Below, one piece after another: positions 8,546-17,234 of a stretch of 64,000 bases of DNA. This stretch comes from Pseudomonadota bacterium (GTDB taxonomy: Bacteria > Bdellovibrionota > Bdellovibrionia > Bdellovibrionales > SG-bin7). Below the pieces are notes generated by a model. It was not told the DNA's origin. It did not search any database and saw only the letters and a list, made by a program, of their open reading frames with translations. Position numbers and translations under genes: made by a program. The first letter of the stretch is position 1. Every line of letters starts with the position of its first letter. The stretch lies in contig JAWXAY010000010.1 of assembly GCA_034439715.1 (NCBI GenBank), positions 1-64,000 of the forward strand, in the 5' to 3' direction.

Positions 8546-9806
8546 AAATTTTTGCAGGAAGTTTTTGTCCGATGAAGCAACTGTTTTTTGAAAGACTTGA
8601 AATGTCCTTCTCGGTAAAAATAGATGGCTCCGCTAGTAGATCGACTAGAACACCGTGAAATTTTGAGCCGAGTTCAAATTCATCAAGTCCATTTTTTAAA
8701 TTCAGGAAATTTGCGGGATTTTTTGAAAAAACCTGCACTAGTCTTTGGCTCGTTATTTTGCCATTCTTCCAAGCCTCAATAAGAACTTTTAAAGTGGTTT
8801 CTAAACCTAATGTTCCAAAAGCCGCATGCTCAAAAGAGCCTGTCTTTTTTGGAGGTTCGTGAGGCGCATGATCTGTCGCCACAAAATCAATGACCCCTTC
8901 TGTAAGCCCATTCCAGAGAGCAACTTGATCATTTTTAGAACGGATCGGTGGATTCATCTTGAAAGACGAATTTTCTCCGTCAATTGTTTCGGTATTGAAA
9001 AAAAGATGGTGTGGACTTACTTCAGCGGTAACACGTAGGCCTTCAGCTTTGGCGGTTTTTACGAGCTGGACGGTTTTAGCACACGATACATGTAGAACAT
9101 GATACCGAGCCCTAGGATACCGTCTTAACAATCGTAAATCGCGCTCGACCATTTGCCACTCGGGCTCCTCAGGGTAAAGCTTCACCCCAAGCTTTTGTTG
9201 CGCGGGCCCTGATGCAAGCACGCCACCATGGCCAAGGTACTCGGCGTGCTGCAGGAGAGGGATATTTAGATCTTGAAGTCTTGAAAAAGCTAAAGTCATA
9301 ACCTCATCTTCTAAGACACCGAGACCGTCATTGGTGAAGGCGACGACACCGGAACGAACCAAGGTTTCAAAATCAGTAAGCTCAGATGAATTTAAATTTT
9401 TAGTAATTGCCGCCGACCACAAAACCGAGACGCCATAGTTTTCTTCAAACTCTCGAACCTCATTTTTTCCTTGGTTGAGCACTTCGACGCAGTCAATTGT
9501 CGGCTGTGTATTTGGCATTGTTAACACTGCCGAGTAGCCGCCCTTTAGCGCAGCTAGCAAACCCGTTGCGGCAGTTTCCTTTTGCTGCTGGCCAGGAACT
9601 CGTAAATGAGCTTGCACATCAACACCCGAAGGAAGAAGTGCCTTGCCGCCAAGGTCGATGACCGTGCCCACATTCGCTATTTCAGACTTCATTTGTAAAA
9701 TGCGTCCGTCCTTGATCAGAAGATCCATCTTTTTTGGCTCATGATCGGACGACCACACGCTGGCATTTTTTAATACATAGAGGCAACAATTTTTTTTCTT
9801 CATCAA
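8505..9806 (-). CDS. Dihydroorotase-like amidohydrolase with altered metal-binding motif
   Basis: DHOase class I pattern with TDHAPH and VAFTNDG, but the first HxH motif reads DVQAHLRVPG (His to Gln); 4-nt overlap with sbtB-like gene. Confidence 0.6.
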   Translation of the reverse strand: MMKKKNCCLYVLKNASVWSSDHEPKKMDLLIKDGRILQMKSEIANVGTVIDLGGKALLPSGVDVQAHLRVPGQQQKETAATGLLAALKGGYSAVLTMPNTQPTIDCVEVLNQGKNEVREFEENYGVSVLWSAAITKNLNSSELTDFETLVRSGVVAFTNDGLGVLEDEVMTLAFSRLQDLNIPLLQHAEYLGHGGVLASGPAQQKLGVKLYPEEPEWQMVERDLRLLRRYPRARYHVLHVSCAKTVQLVKTAKAEGLRVTAEVSPHHLFFNTETIDGENSSFKMNPPIRSKNDQVALWNGLTEGVIDFVATDHAPHEPPKKTGSFEHAAFGTLGLETTLKVLIEAWKNGKITSQRLVQVFSKNPANFLNLKNGLDEFELGSKFHGVLVDLLAEPSIFTEKDISSLSKNSCFIGQKLPAKICGAFHGEQIFEFN

Positions 9807-10111
9807 ACTCTTTCAAATTTTTCAGGGCGTAAAATTGAAATATCAGATGAGTAAGTGATCAGAGAGTAATTTTCGAAAAACTTCTCTGCCAGCGCTTTCA
9901 TAATTTTTAAGGCAAGTTGCGGCTCTACGACGATTTCGATTTTTGATTTTAAATCAGGAATTTCGCCACTGCTTTTTTCTCCGTTGCCTTGACCCCTGAC
10001 TTCTGTGACGGTGAAGCCTGTGGCCCCGAGGTCTTGACTGATGGTCAAAATACTTGAGCTTAAAACGGGCTCGCAAATAATGGTGACAAGTTTAAAATTC
10101 ATGAGTTTCAT
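9803..10111 (-). CDS. sbtB: PII-like signal protein SbtB
   Basis: 102 aa; strong similarity pattern to cyanobacterial SbtB (KLVTIICE...GFTVTEVRGQG...YSLITY); immediately downstream of sbtA. Confidence 0.75.
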   Translation of the reverse strand: MKLMNFKLVTIICEPVLSSSILTISQDLGATGFTVTEVRGQGNGEKSSGEIPDLKSKIEIVVEPQLALKIMKALAEKFFENYSLITYSSDISILRPEKFERV

Positions 10112-10120
10112 AATCTCTCC

Positions 10121-11113
10121 TTATCCAGCAAGCCATTCGGCGAATTTAAAAAACAATGGAATTCCTACGACTAAATTAAATGGAAAAGTGACGGCTAAAC
10201 TCGCAGTTAGATAGTAAGTGGGATTAGCCTCAGGCAAGGTCATGCGAACCGCAGGTGGTGCTGCGATGTAAGACGCACTCGCTGCCATCGCTCCAAGCAC
10301 CGTGGCACCTCCGACAGAAAGACCAGACCAGTGCCCCAGAAAAACACCCAATGCACCATGGAGAATGGGTAACAATATCCCGAGGGGTATGAGGGGTAAA
10401 CCTACTTTTTTAAGATCAGAAAGTCTGGCTCCTGCGACAATTCCCATTTCTAAAAGAAACAATACGAGAGCGCCCTTGAATCCTGTTTCAAAAAATGGCT
10501 TTATCGGCTCGTAGGCATTTGCTCCCATGAGAAGACCTATCACCAAACCACCAACCAGCAAAATCATAGAGCGACCTGTTAGAATTTCATGAAAGATGGC
10601 AGACTTGGTTTTTTTATCGCCACTTGATACTAATGAATTATTTTTCGCTCGTTTCAGCGCGCCTATAGCTAGTGCGATATGAATGCCCGGACTTTCTAGC
10701 AGAGTTAACAGCGCCGGCATAAAACCCTCTGCCGTTTTCCCCATGTGTTCGATAAATTGATTTGCCGCAATGAATGTAACCGCGGAAACTGAACCGTAAT
10801 GTGCGGCCAGTGCAGCCGCATCGACCTGTCCAAATCGCCCCAATTTTCGCATGATTATATAGGCCGAAATTGGAGTAACGCATCCCAAAACGAGAGTTGC
10901 AAAAGCCGGCCAAGCAATAATTTGAAAAGTACTTTCAGACAGCTCAACTCCGCCTTTTAATCCAATCGCTAATAAAAGATAGATGGATAATGAAGAGTAG
11001 AGATCTTTTGGCAGACTTAGTTCACTCTTCATTAATTTCGTTACAACTCCAAGCACAAACGCTAGCACTATGGGTGATAATAAGTTTGTTCTTAAGATTT
11101 CGAATGCGGTCAA
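10121..11113 (-). CDS. sbtA: SbtA-family (DUF897) sodium/bicarbonate transporter-like permease
   Basis: 330 aa, about 10 TM; SPIVLAFVLG, IGLKGG and DAAALAAHYGSVSA motifs parallel cyanobacterial SbtA. Confidence 0.7.
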   Translation of the reverse strand: MTAFEILRTNLLSPIVLAFVLGVVTKLMKSELSLPKDLYSSLSIYLLLAIGLKGGVELSESTFQIIAWPAFATLVLGCVTPISAYIIMRKLGRFGQVDAAALAAHYGSVSAVTFIAANQFIEHMGKTAEGFMPALLTLLESPGIHIALAIGALKRAKNNSLVSSGDKKTKSAIFHEILTGRSMILLVGGLVIGLLMGANAYEPIKPFFETGFKGALVLFLLEMGIVAGARLSDLKKVGLPLIPLGILLPILHGALGVFLGHWSGLSVGGATVLGAMAASASYIAAPPAVRMTLPEANPTYYLTASLAVTFPFNLVVGIPLFFKFAEWLAG

Positions 11114-11130
11114 AGTTCAGTCCTTTATTT

Positions 11131-12006
11131 TCAAGGGTTACAAAATTCACATTCAGACGAGTCGAGTTCACGCTGACCATCAGGCCTTGGCCTCTCTTCT
11201 TTTGTTTTACACCGTGGACATGCGAGCAATACGGCTTTAGCAATTCGACTAGGGACTCCACAATCACCGCACGGAAGGCCAGGAATTCCTTCGACAACTG
11301 TAAACCCTGGAAACTCGCAAGTCGGACAAAGTGAGTTAAGACTTTCGATTAACTTTACTCCCGCTTTATGAATCGCGTTTCTTCGGGTAGCATTGTGGCA
11401 GGCCCGCAGATCGGTCATTAGTACAACCCGCGCGGTTTTTGAGGCGACAAAACAATCAAGCATTGCTTGGCCGACTGCTCGCTCTGTATGAAGCCCCTTA
11501 AAGAGCGGTGTTAACAAACCCTCGGGGTGCACGATCACCCCATGTTCGGGGAAATTAATTTCTTTTAAAAATGCTCGAAAATCATCTCGGGGTCCCAGAA
11601 TTTTTTCTGCGTGAATTGGATCTGTCGCCAAATATTCAGCATAAATTTCGCTCCCAGTTTCGCGGTCCCACAACAGAAGTGACTCAAGGTCTGTTTGCAT
11701 AAAACCAATCAGTGGATGCGGACCGAAACTGCCTTCGCTGGCAAGAATCAATTGAGCTTCAGAGTGTTGGTCCGCAGCCGCTTTTATTTTCTTTCTTAAA
11801 GTTTCCCGAACCGATCCCGTACGTTCGACTTCGCCCGAGAAGGTACCAAACTCATCGGTATCAATAAGCGTCGCAATACAGTTCACACCAAGTTCGGCCA
11901 ACAATGGTTTAAGAAGCGCTTCTTTGCCATGCTTTGTCGCAAAGTAAAATGTCTTGCCATGAAATGGATGTGGGGCGGCAACTGCCATAGCCTTAAGTAT
12001 CGCCAA
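11131..12006 (-). CDS. Hypothetical protein with C-terminal 4x CxxC zinc-ribbon cluster
   Basis: CPTC...CGDC...CPRC...CEFC in the last 60 aa; first gene of the sbtAB operon. Confidence 0.4.
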   Translation of the reverse strand: MAILKAMAVAAPHPFHGKTFYFATKHGKEALLKPLLAELGVNCIATLIDTDEFGTFSGEVERTGSVRETLRKKIKAAADQHSEAQLILASEGSFGPHPLIGFMQTDLESLLLWDRETGSEIYAEYLATDPIHAEKILGPRDDFRAFLKEINFPEHGVIVHPEGLLTPLFKGLHTERAVGQAMLDCFVASKTARVVLMTDLRACHNATRRNAIHKAGVKLIESLNSLCPTCEFPGFTVVEGIPGLPCGDCGVPSRIAKAVLLACPRCKTKEERPRPDGQRELDSSECEFCNP

Positions 12007-12046
12007 ATCTGGTTACACGGTAAAACATATAAAATATTTGAAATTC

Positions 12047-12061
12047 ATCTATTAAACAGAT
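12047..12061. promoter_or_regulatory. LysR-type T-N11-A box (ATCTATTAAACAGAT)
   Basis: Dyad in the 61-bp divergent intergenic region between the sbt operon and the LysR gene. Confidence 0.35.
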
Positions 12062-12067
12062 AGGCTG

Positions 12068-12940
12068 GTGGGCGTGGAATGGCTTAACTATCATCATCTC
12101 TATTATTTTTGGACCGTAGCTAAAGAACAAAGCTTCACTAAAGCGGCTTTGAAATTGCGAATTGCACAATCGGCCGTGAGCTTTCAAGTAGCGCAGCTTG
12201 AGGATTTTTTAGGAAAAAAGCTGATTCTGCGTTCGACCTCAAAAAAATTAGTCCTCACTGAAGAAGGTCAGATTGTTTTCAATCAGGCCGAAGAGATTTT
12301 TCGGCAAGGCAAAGAGCTTGTCGATGGTATCAAAGAAGGCGGAATTCAATCCACACTAAGAGTTGGCGCACTTGGAAGTTTATCAAAGAATCTTCAAATT
12401 AGACTACTAAGACCAGTCATCGATCGAGCTGATTTTGAAATCACAGTCGATGTCGGAGACGCTCAAGCCTTGTTGAGTCGTCTTCAAACATTTAAATTAG
12501 ATGCCATTCTTTGTGATGTTCCTTTTCCACATTCGGAAAATGAACCCTTAATCCAGCGCGAAATAGCGCGCGAGCCCATTTGTCTGATTGCCCGAAAACT
12601 TAAGCAGAGTACACCACTGCAAGTACGACTTGCTAAATATGGAATATATCTTCCTGCGCGCAGCAATCCAGTTACTTCCGAAATAGAATCATTTCTCAAA
12701 AGTCAAAAAGATCGAATCAAGATTAAAGGTTATATTGATGATATTGCTTTACTTCGCTTGTTAGCAATTGAAACCGATAGTGTTGTAGCTATCCCGCGAG
12801 TTGGAGCCGCTCGAGAACTGCAAAATAAAACAATTGTGGTGCAACATCAGTTTAGATCTATGTATCAAAAGTTCTATCTCGTGCTTCGCCAAAATGGATC
12901 ACGTTCAGAAAAAATACTTAGGTTTTTGGATCAAGTTTAG
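12068..12940 (+). CDS. LysR-family regulator, NhaR-like (paralog of 4328-5215)
   Basis: GTG start; WLNYHHLYYFW...HTH; divergent from the sbtAB operon. Confidence 0.8.
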   Translation: MGVEWLNYHHLYYFWTVAKEQSFTKAALKLRIAQSAVSFQVAQLEDFLGKKLILRSTSKKLVLTEEGQIVFNQAEEIFRQGKELVDGIKEGGIQSTLRVGALGSLSKNLQIRLLRPVIDRADFEITVDVGDAQALLSRLQTFKLDAILCDVPFPHSENEPLIQREIAREPICLIARKLKQSTPLQVRLAKYGIYLPARSNPVTSEIESFLKSQKDRIKIKGYIDDIALLRLLAIETDSVVAIPRVGAARELQNKTIVVQHQFRSMYQKFYLVLRQNGSRSEKILRFLDQV

Positions 12941-13351
12941 ATCTGTGATAGAGTAGTTTCTTAAGCCGCACATTTAGTCGATTGCACAAATGCCAGATAT
13001 TACATACGAGTAAAAATTAATTCGTGCGATTGAGGCAAACGTGCTTGCATCTGTCGGTCAATTCTCGACCTCCAGTGGATTGACTGAGGCACTTGTATAT
13101 CAAGGGAAAAAGAAAATTCTCGGAGCAGTCTTAGACTTGTCCACTGGACGTGTGAATTATCTTGAAATATAAAAACACGCTTCCCGAAACCAAAATCGAG
13201 CGTGGCGGCGTCATAATTTATTAGAATTGTGAATGCACGATGCGATGGAGTATTGTTCAACTGAACAGTCATGTCGACGTTAGTCCTGGCCCATATTTGA
13301 TTGTCTCAGGGGTGGGTATCGTAGATCGAAATTTGAACCGATATTTACCTC

Positions 13352-13657
13352 ATGTTAGATAATCCTAAGTTCAAAATGACATTCGTAAAAGTACTGAGAC
13401 CAGCCCCAACTGATTCACCGACTAGAGATCCGATCTGGAAGTTTGTTCACGTTACAAAAGTAAGAAAAAAAAACGATACTTATCGGTGCGCTTATTGTCG
13501 TGGAAGTTCAAAAGTAGTTTTGCATCTTAATGGTAATGTCGTCCCACATGTGGAACATTCTGCCAAGGCCGATGCTTTGGTCAATAACTGCCGCACTTTG
13601 GAAGAAGGCTTCAATGAGCTAGCATTTATTGAAACTCACAAAAGTTTATTAGAATAG
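13352..13657 (+). CDS. Hypothetical protein
   Basis: ORF only; CxxC pair; convergent with the S8 gene. Confidence 0.25.
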   Translation: MLDNPKFKMTFVKVLRPAPTDSPTRDPIWKFVHVTKVRKKNDTYRCAYCRGSSKVVLHLNGNVVPHVEHSAKADALVNNCRTLEEGFNELAFIETHKSLLE

Positions 13658-13722
13658 AGGAATGACCACTACCATGGAATAGCGGCCATTCTCTGGAACA
13701 AAGCAATAGCCTGTCATGCAAA

Positions 13723-16191
13723 TTATACTTCGATTGGTGTCGCGATCATGTTTTCAATGGATGCATAAATATCTGTATCTAATTCTGGCGAAGAGATCGT
13801 GACGATTAAGCTGTACCTTGCATCTTTATCAGTGTGGCCTTCGCGGTGTTTCTCCCTCCACCAACCAACGACAGGGAAAACAGCAATGTGCGCCTTTTTA
13901 GCGAGATCAGATGCTTTGCCTGTCCAAAAATCAGAATGAAGCGAACCCTTCGTGCGAATCTGAGGGCCGAGATACCATTCATCGGCGTCACCGGTAGAAG
14001 TAACGCTATCTCTGCCAGACTCTTCATTCCACCTTGCTCGGTTGATTCGCACTTTGAATTGGTCCTGAGATTCATCAGCTGTTTGCATTTCGAATCTCAA
14101 TCCGTGTGATTGATACCGAAACTTTCCGGTCCATCCTCGACGCGCGGGATAGGGTTCAATAAAATAAGATAAAGTTACTCTCATAGTAACGACGGTTTCA
14201 CCAAGTGCTTCTAAAGCATCTATTGGCCAGGGCAGCGCATGTAAATTCATTTCGTTCATAGAGTCGCCGTCAAAAGGCCGAAGGCTATCTTGAGCTATTA
14301 ATGTTAGATGGTTACTTGCACTGAAGAGCGCTCTTTCAAGGCTCGGAACTCCATAACCGCAGCAACGAAGTAAGGTCTCTTTCTGCATTCTTGTGAAGGT
14401 TGGATAACGTGTAAGCATCTGCTGCGTCCAGTATGCAGAATGTGCGATCATTCCGCGCACTGTTTCGGGCCAAAACTGCGGATATTTTTGTGCGATCCTG
14501 GCAGCAATATGAGAGGCCTCTGCCGTTGCCGCACTTGTATCGGCCATCCAAGTAAAAAATGATCCTCCGGTGCGGATTCGATCAGTCGAAAGTAACAACA
14601 TCGAGTCGGGACGAACAACTCGGCCCGAATCCGAATGTATTGCAGCATTACCGCCCTCGAATACGACATCAGGTTTGATTGGCCATTTTCCTCTTTCCCA
14701 GGTTAGCGAAGTGGAACTGCTTGGGCAAAGATCTCCAGCGGGAGCAAGCGAACTCCATCCTGCATAAGCGGGATCAGTGATCTCAATTTTTTCAGTAAAG
14801 GCTCCGACAGTTAGAGCGTTCCATGATTGGGCAGGATCGTGAATGCTCTCAACTTCATTCACTGCCGGGTAATCGTTGAATGTTGTCTCGTCGGTGTTAC
14901 CTGCAGAGATAATAAATAAATGTCTCTTATCTTCAATCGTCAGGCCCACGCAAATTTTATCGACGGCAGCAGACCAAGAAGAGGGTTTGCCTCTGTCTCT
15001 TCCATCGAGAGCAGTGACTGCCATCGAAAGGATTCGATCATTAAATGGATCGATTGACGTGACGTGCGCGACCGCTTCTTCCGTGAGATTTCCATAGAGC
15101 TGAGGATCATTCGCTCCGGGAGGCGGAGGCAACAGCTTTACGGATTCGAGCTGGCAAGGAACAGTTATTCTTGTCGTACTTAATAGTGCGGAGTTTAAAT
15201 CGCGGTACAATACGATTCCAGCCATTCCAGATCCGTGGCCATCATGATCGTCTACGCCCCACGCAGGCATGAGACTGATCTGTTTATTCGCTGGCAAATA
15301 AGATTGAATCAAAGGGTGAGTTCGACTGATGCCAGTATCGAGAATGCAGACTGTAGGTACATCCCCATTTTGAGGATCAGTCAGGCCAACAAGAGCATCA
15401 ATCCATTCACGCTGTTCTGGTGGATACATTGATAAGAACTCAGATACAGTTTCCTTTGCTCTTCTAAGTTCAGCTATCAAATCAAATGATTCGATAGATA
15501 TGGCGAGTTGAGCAGGCTCACAGTATGCCAAGATAACTTTTCGGTCTGGAAAATCGATTACTCCCGTACCGGTTAAGATCTGGCGGCGATCAGCAACCTG
15601 TTTAAACCGATCAACAACATCTTCGACATCTCCTCGTAACCAAACTTCCCACCAAATTTTTTCCTGATCGGCTGGAAACAGCTCAGGCATATCAGTCCAA
15701 AAAGATTGAAGGACCGCTAGTCGAATGCTCTCGATTCCATTAACCAAAGGTAAATTTTTAGGTTTTCCGCTTTTTAAATCTTCGTCTTTGTATTGCTCAA
15801 CCTTTTTAATAAAAACAGAAAGCTTTTCGTCAGGTACGAAAACTGTAGCGATTACTTGTGGCTTCGAATCGACATCAACTGTTTTTACTGAGACTAGCTC
15901 GATGTCTTTTGACGGCAAATCAAGGCTTTCAATGGCCAGATCGTGGCCAGGCTTACCTGAAAACTCCAAAAATATTCCTTTGGATTCCAGCTGCTCCTGC
16001 GCCGCCTTTTGCTTGAGCTCGGGAATATCTCGACCAATATTTTTTAGCTCTGATAATAATTTTCTAGCATGGGACTTTCTGGGCCGACTCGGAATCGATA
16101 GGCTCGAACCAAAGGAACTTGTTGACGTGTATTTTTCAGATACAGCACTACTATCGATTAAAAAATGTCTAAGATTTTTTCGAACCGGCAA
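13723..16191 (-). CDS. S8 family subtilase with long N-terminal extension (IetS-like)
   Basis: ILDTGI (Asp), HDGHGSGMAG (His), ADTSAATAEASHIAA (Ser) motifs; 822 aa; directly downstream of the AAA ATPase. Confidence 0.7.
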   Translation of the reverse strand: MPVRKNLRHFLIDSSAVSEKYTSTSSFGSSLSIPSRPRKSHARKLLSELKNIGRDIPELKQKAAQEQLESKGIFLEFSGKPGHDLAIESLDLPSKDIELVSVKTVDVDSKPQVIATVFVPDEKLSVFIKKVEQYKDEDLKSGKPKNLPLVNGIESIRLAVLQSFWTDMPELFPADQEKIWWEVWLRGDVEDVVDRFKQVADRRQILTGTGVIDFPDRKVILAYCEPAQLAISIESFDLIAELRRAKETVSEFLSMYPPEQREWIDALVGLTDPQNGDVPTVCILDTGISRTHPLIQSYLPANKQISLMPAWGVDDHDGHGSGMAGIVLYRDLNSALLSTTRITVPCQLESVKLLPPPPGANDPQLYGNLTEEAVAHVTSIDPFNDRILSMAVTALDGRDRGKPSSWSAAVDKICVGLTIEDKRHLFIISAGNTDETTFNDYPAVNEVESIHDPAQSWNALTVGAFTEKIEITDPAYAGWSSLAPAGDLCPSSSTSLTWERGKWPIKPDVVFEGGNAAIHSDSGRVVRPDSMLLLSTDRIRTGGSFFTWMADTSAATAEASHIAARIAQKYPQFWPETVRGMIAHSAYWTQQMLTRYPTFTRMQKETLLRCCGYGVPSLERALFSASNHLTLIAQDSLRPFDGDSMNEMNLHALPWPIDALEALGETVVTMRVTLSYFIEPYPARRGWTGKFRYQSHGLRFEMQTADESQDQFKVRINRARWNEESGRDSVTSTGDADEWYLGPQIRTKGSLHSDFWTGKASDLAKKAHIAVFPVVGWWREKHREGHTDKDARYSLIVTISSPELDTDIYASIENMIATPIEV

Positions 16192-16206
16192 TTAAACCCT
16201 CACCAT

Positions 16207-17190
16207 TCACTTTGACGAGAGGGTTCGTTCTTTTAGACAATTCAGAACCATTTCTGTAGTGATCTTATTGTTATCCGGACTGAGAATCTGAAGTTTTATC
16301 GAGTCTTCGCATGCTCTAGAAATTTCAGCGAAGCTAAGTCCTTTGCTCTCATTTACGATTTTTGTCATATCGAGAGATTTCACTCCAAGATTTGCAAATT
16401 TACTTTTAATCGTGAGTACAATCAAATCTTCAGTCGGGAGTCGATATTGGATGCAATCATCGAAACGTCGAAACAGGGCCTTGTCTAAAAGATCAGGATT
16501 ATTAGTGGCCGCGAGAATTATACTTTCGGAATTACTTTGCTCTAAGAATTGTAGAAATGAATTGAGTACTCGGCGAATTTCTCCAACGTCATTGGAATTT
16601 GTTCGATGAGAACCAATGGCATCAAACTCATCAAAGAAATAGACTCCGCGAACTTTATCAATGTTATCAAATATGAGTCGCAACTTTGCAGCTGTCTCAC
16701 CCATAAATTTTGTAATGAGGCCATCAAGCAAAATTGTATAGAGGGGTAAGTTAAGCTCTCCGGCTAACGCAAATGCAGTTTTTGTCTTTCCAGTTCCGGG
16801 TGGACCAAATAGGAGAACTTTTCTTCGAGGAGACAACCCATGATTGGTGATCTTTTCCTTTTGTTTTTGTTCAAGGATAATTCGATACAATCTTGCGTTT
16901 GTTTCTTCCGGAAAAATTAAAGAGGACAATCGTTCCTTAGGATAGGAAACCGAAAGTAAACCTGCCAGCTCACCTCTAGGTTGAGAGATATGGGCCACAG
17001 CGGGTTGTTTTGTCCTTCCAAAACCCTTTTCTTTTGCTTCTTCTATAAGTTGTCGGATTTCGTCTGCAAGTTTAGAATGTCCTTGCTTAGCGGCTTGCGC
17101 TGCGACCTGCATGGCGACAGAATAAAAGCGGCTGTCATCCCCTTCGGAATGGCTTTTGATCAAAGCTTTTAACTGATCGGAATTAGCCAT
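16207..17190 (-). CDS. AAA+ ATPase (IetA-like)
   Basis: Walker A GPPGTGKT, Walker B FFDEFD, sensor ATNNP and LFRRFD second region of homology; 327 aa. Confidence 0.75.
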   Translation of the reverse strand: MANSDQLKALIKSHSEGDDSRFYSVAMQVAAQAAKQGHSKLADEIRQLIEEAKEKGFGRTKQPAVAHISQPRGELAGLLSVSYPKERLSSLIFPEETNARLYRIILEQKQKEKITNHGLSPRRKVLLFGPPGTGKTKTAFALAGELNLPLYTILLDGLITKFMGETAAKLRLIFDNIDKVRGVYFFDEFDAIGSHRTNSNDVGEIRRVLNSFLQFLEQSNSESIILAATNNPDLLDKALFRRFDDCIQYRLPTEDLIVLTIKSKFANLGVKSLDMTKIVNESKGLSFAEISRACEDSIKLQILSPDNNKITTEMVLNCLKERTLSSK

Positions 17191-17234
17191 ATTTTATCCT
17201 TGACTGCCAGTGTTAGAATAGCGGTCGGATTAGA

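Noticed and set aside
12007-12067. Possible riboswitch or leader between sbt operon and LysR
   Set aside because: Only 61 bp, which is too short for a riboswitch. Interpreted as overlapping divergent promoters with a LysR box.
13000-13272. 90-aa minus-strand ORF in the LysR-to-S8 intergenic region
   Set aside because: No RBS, odd composition, and embedded in a region that looks noncoding. Left unannotated.
13806-15432. Several 60-90 aa ORFs on both strands inside the S8 peptidase gene
   Set aside because: Fully contained within a well-supported 822-aa CDS with recognisable catalytic motifs. Typical shadow ORFs.
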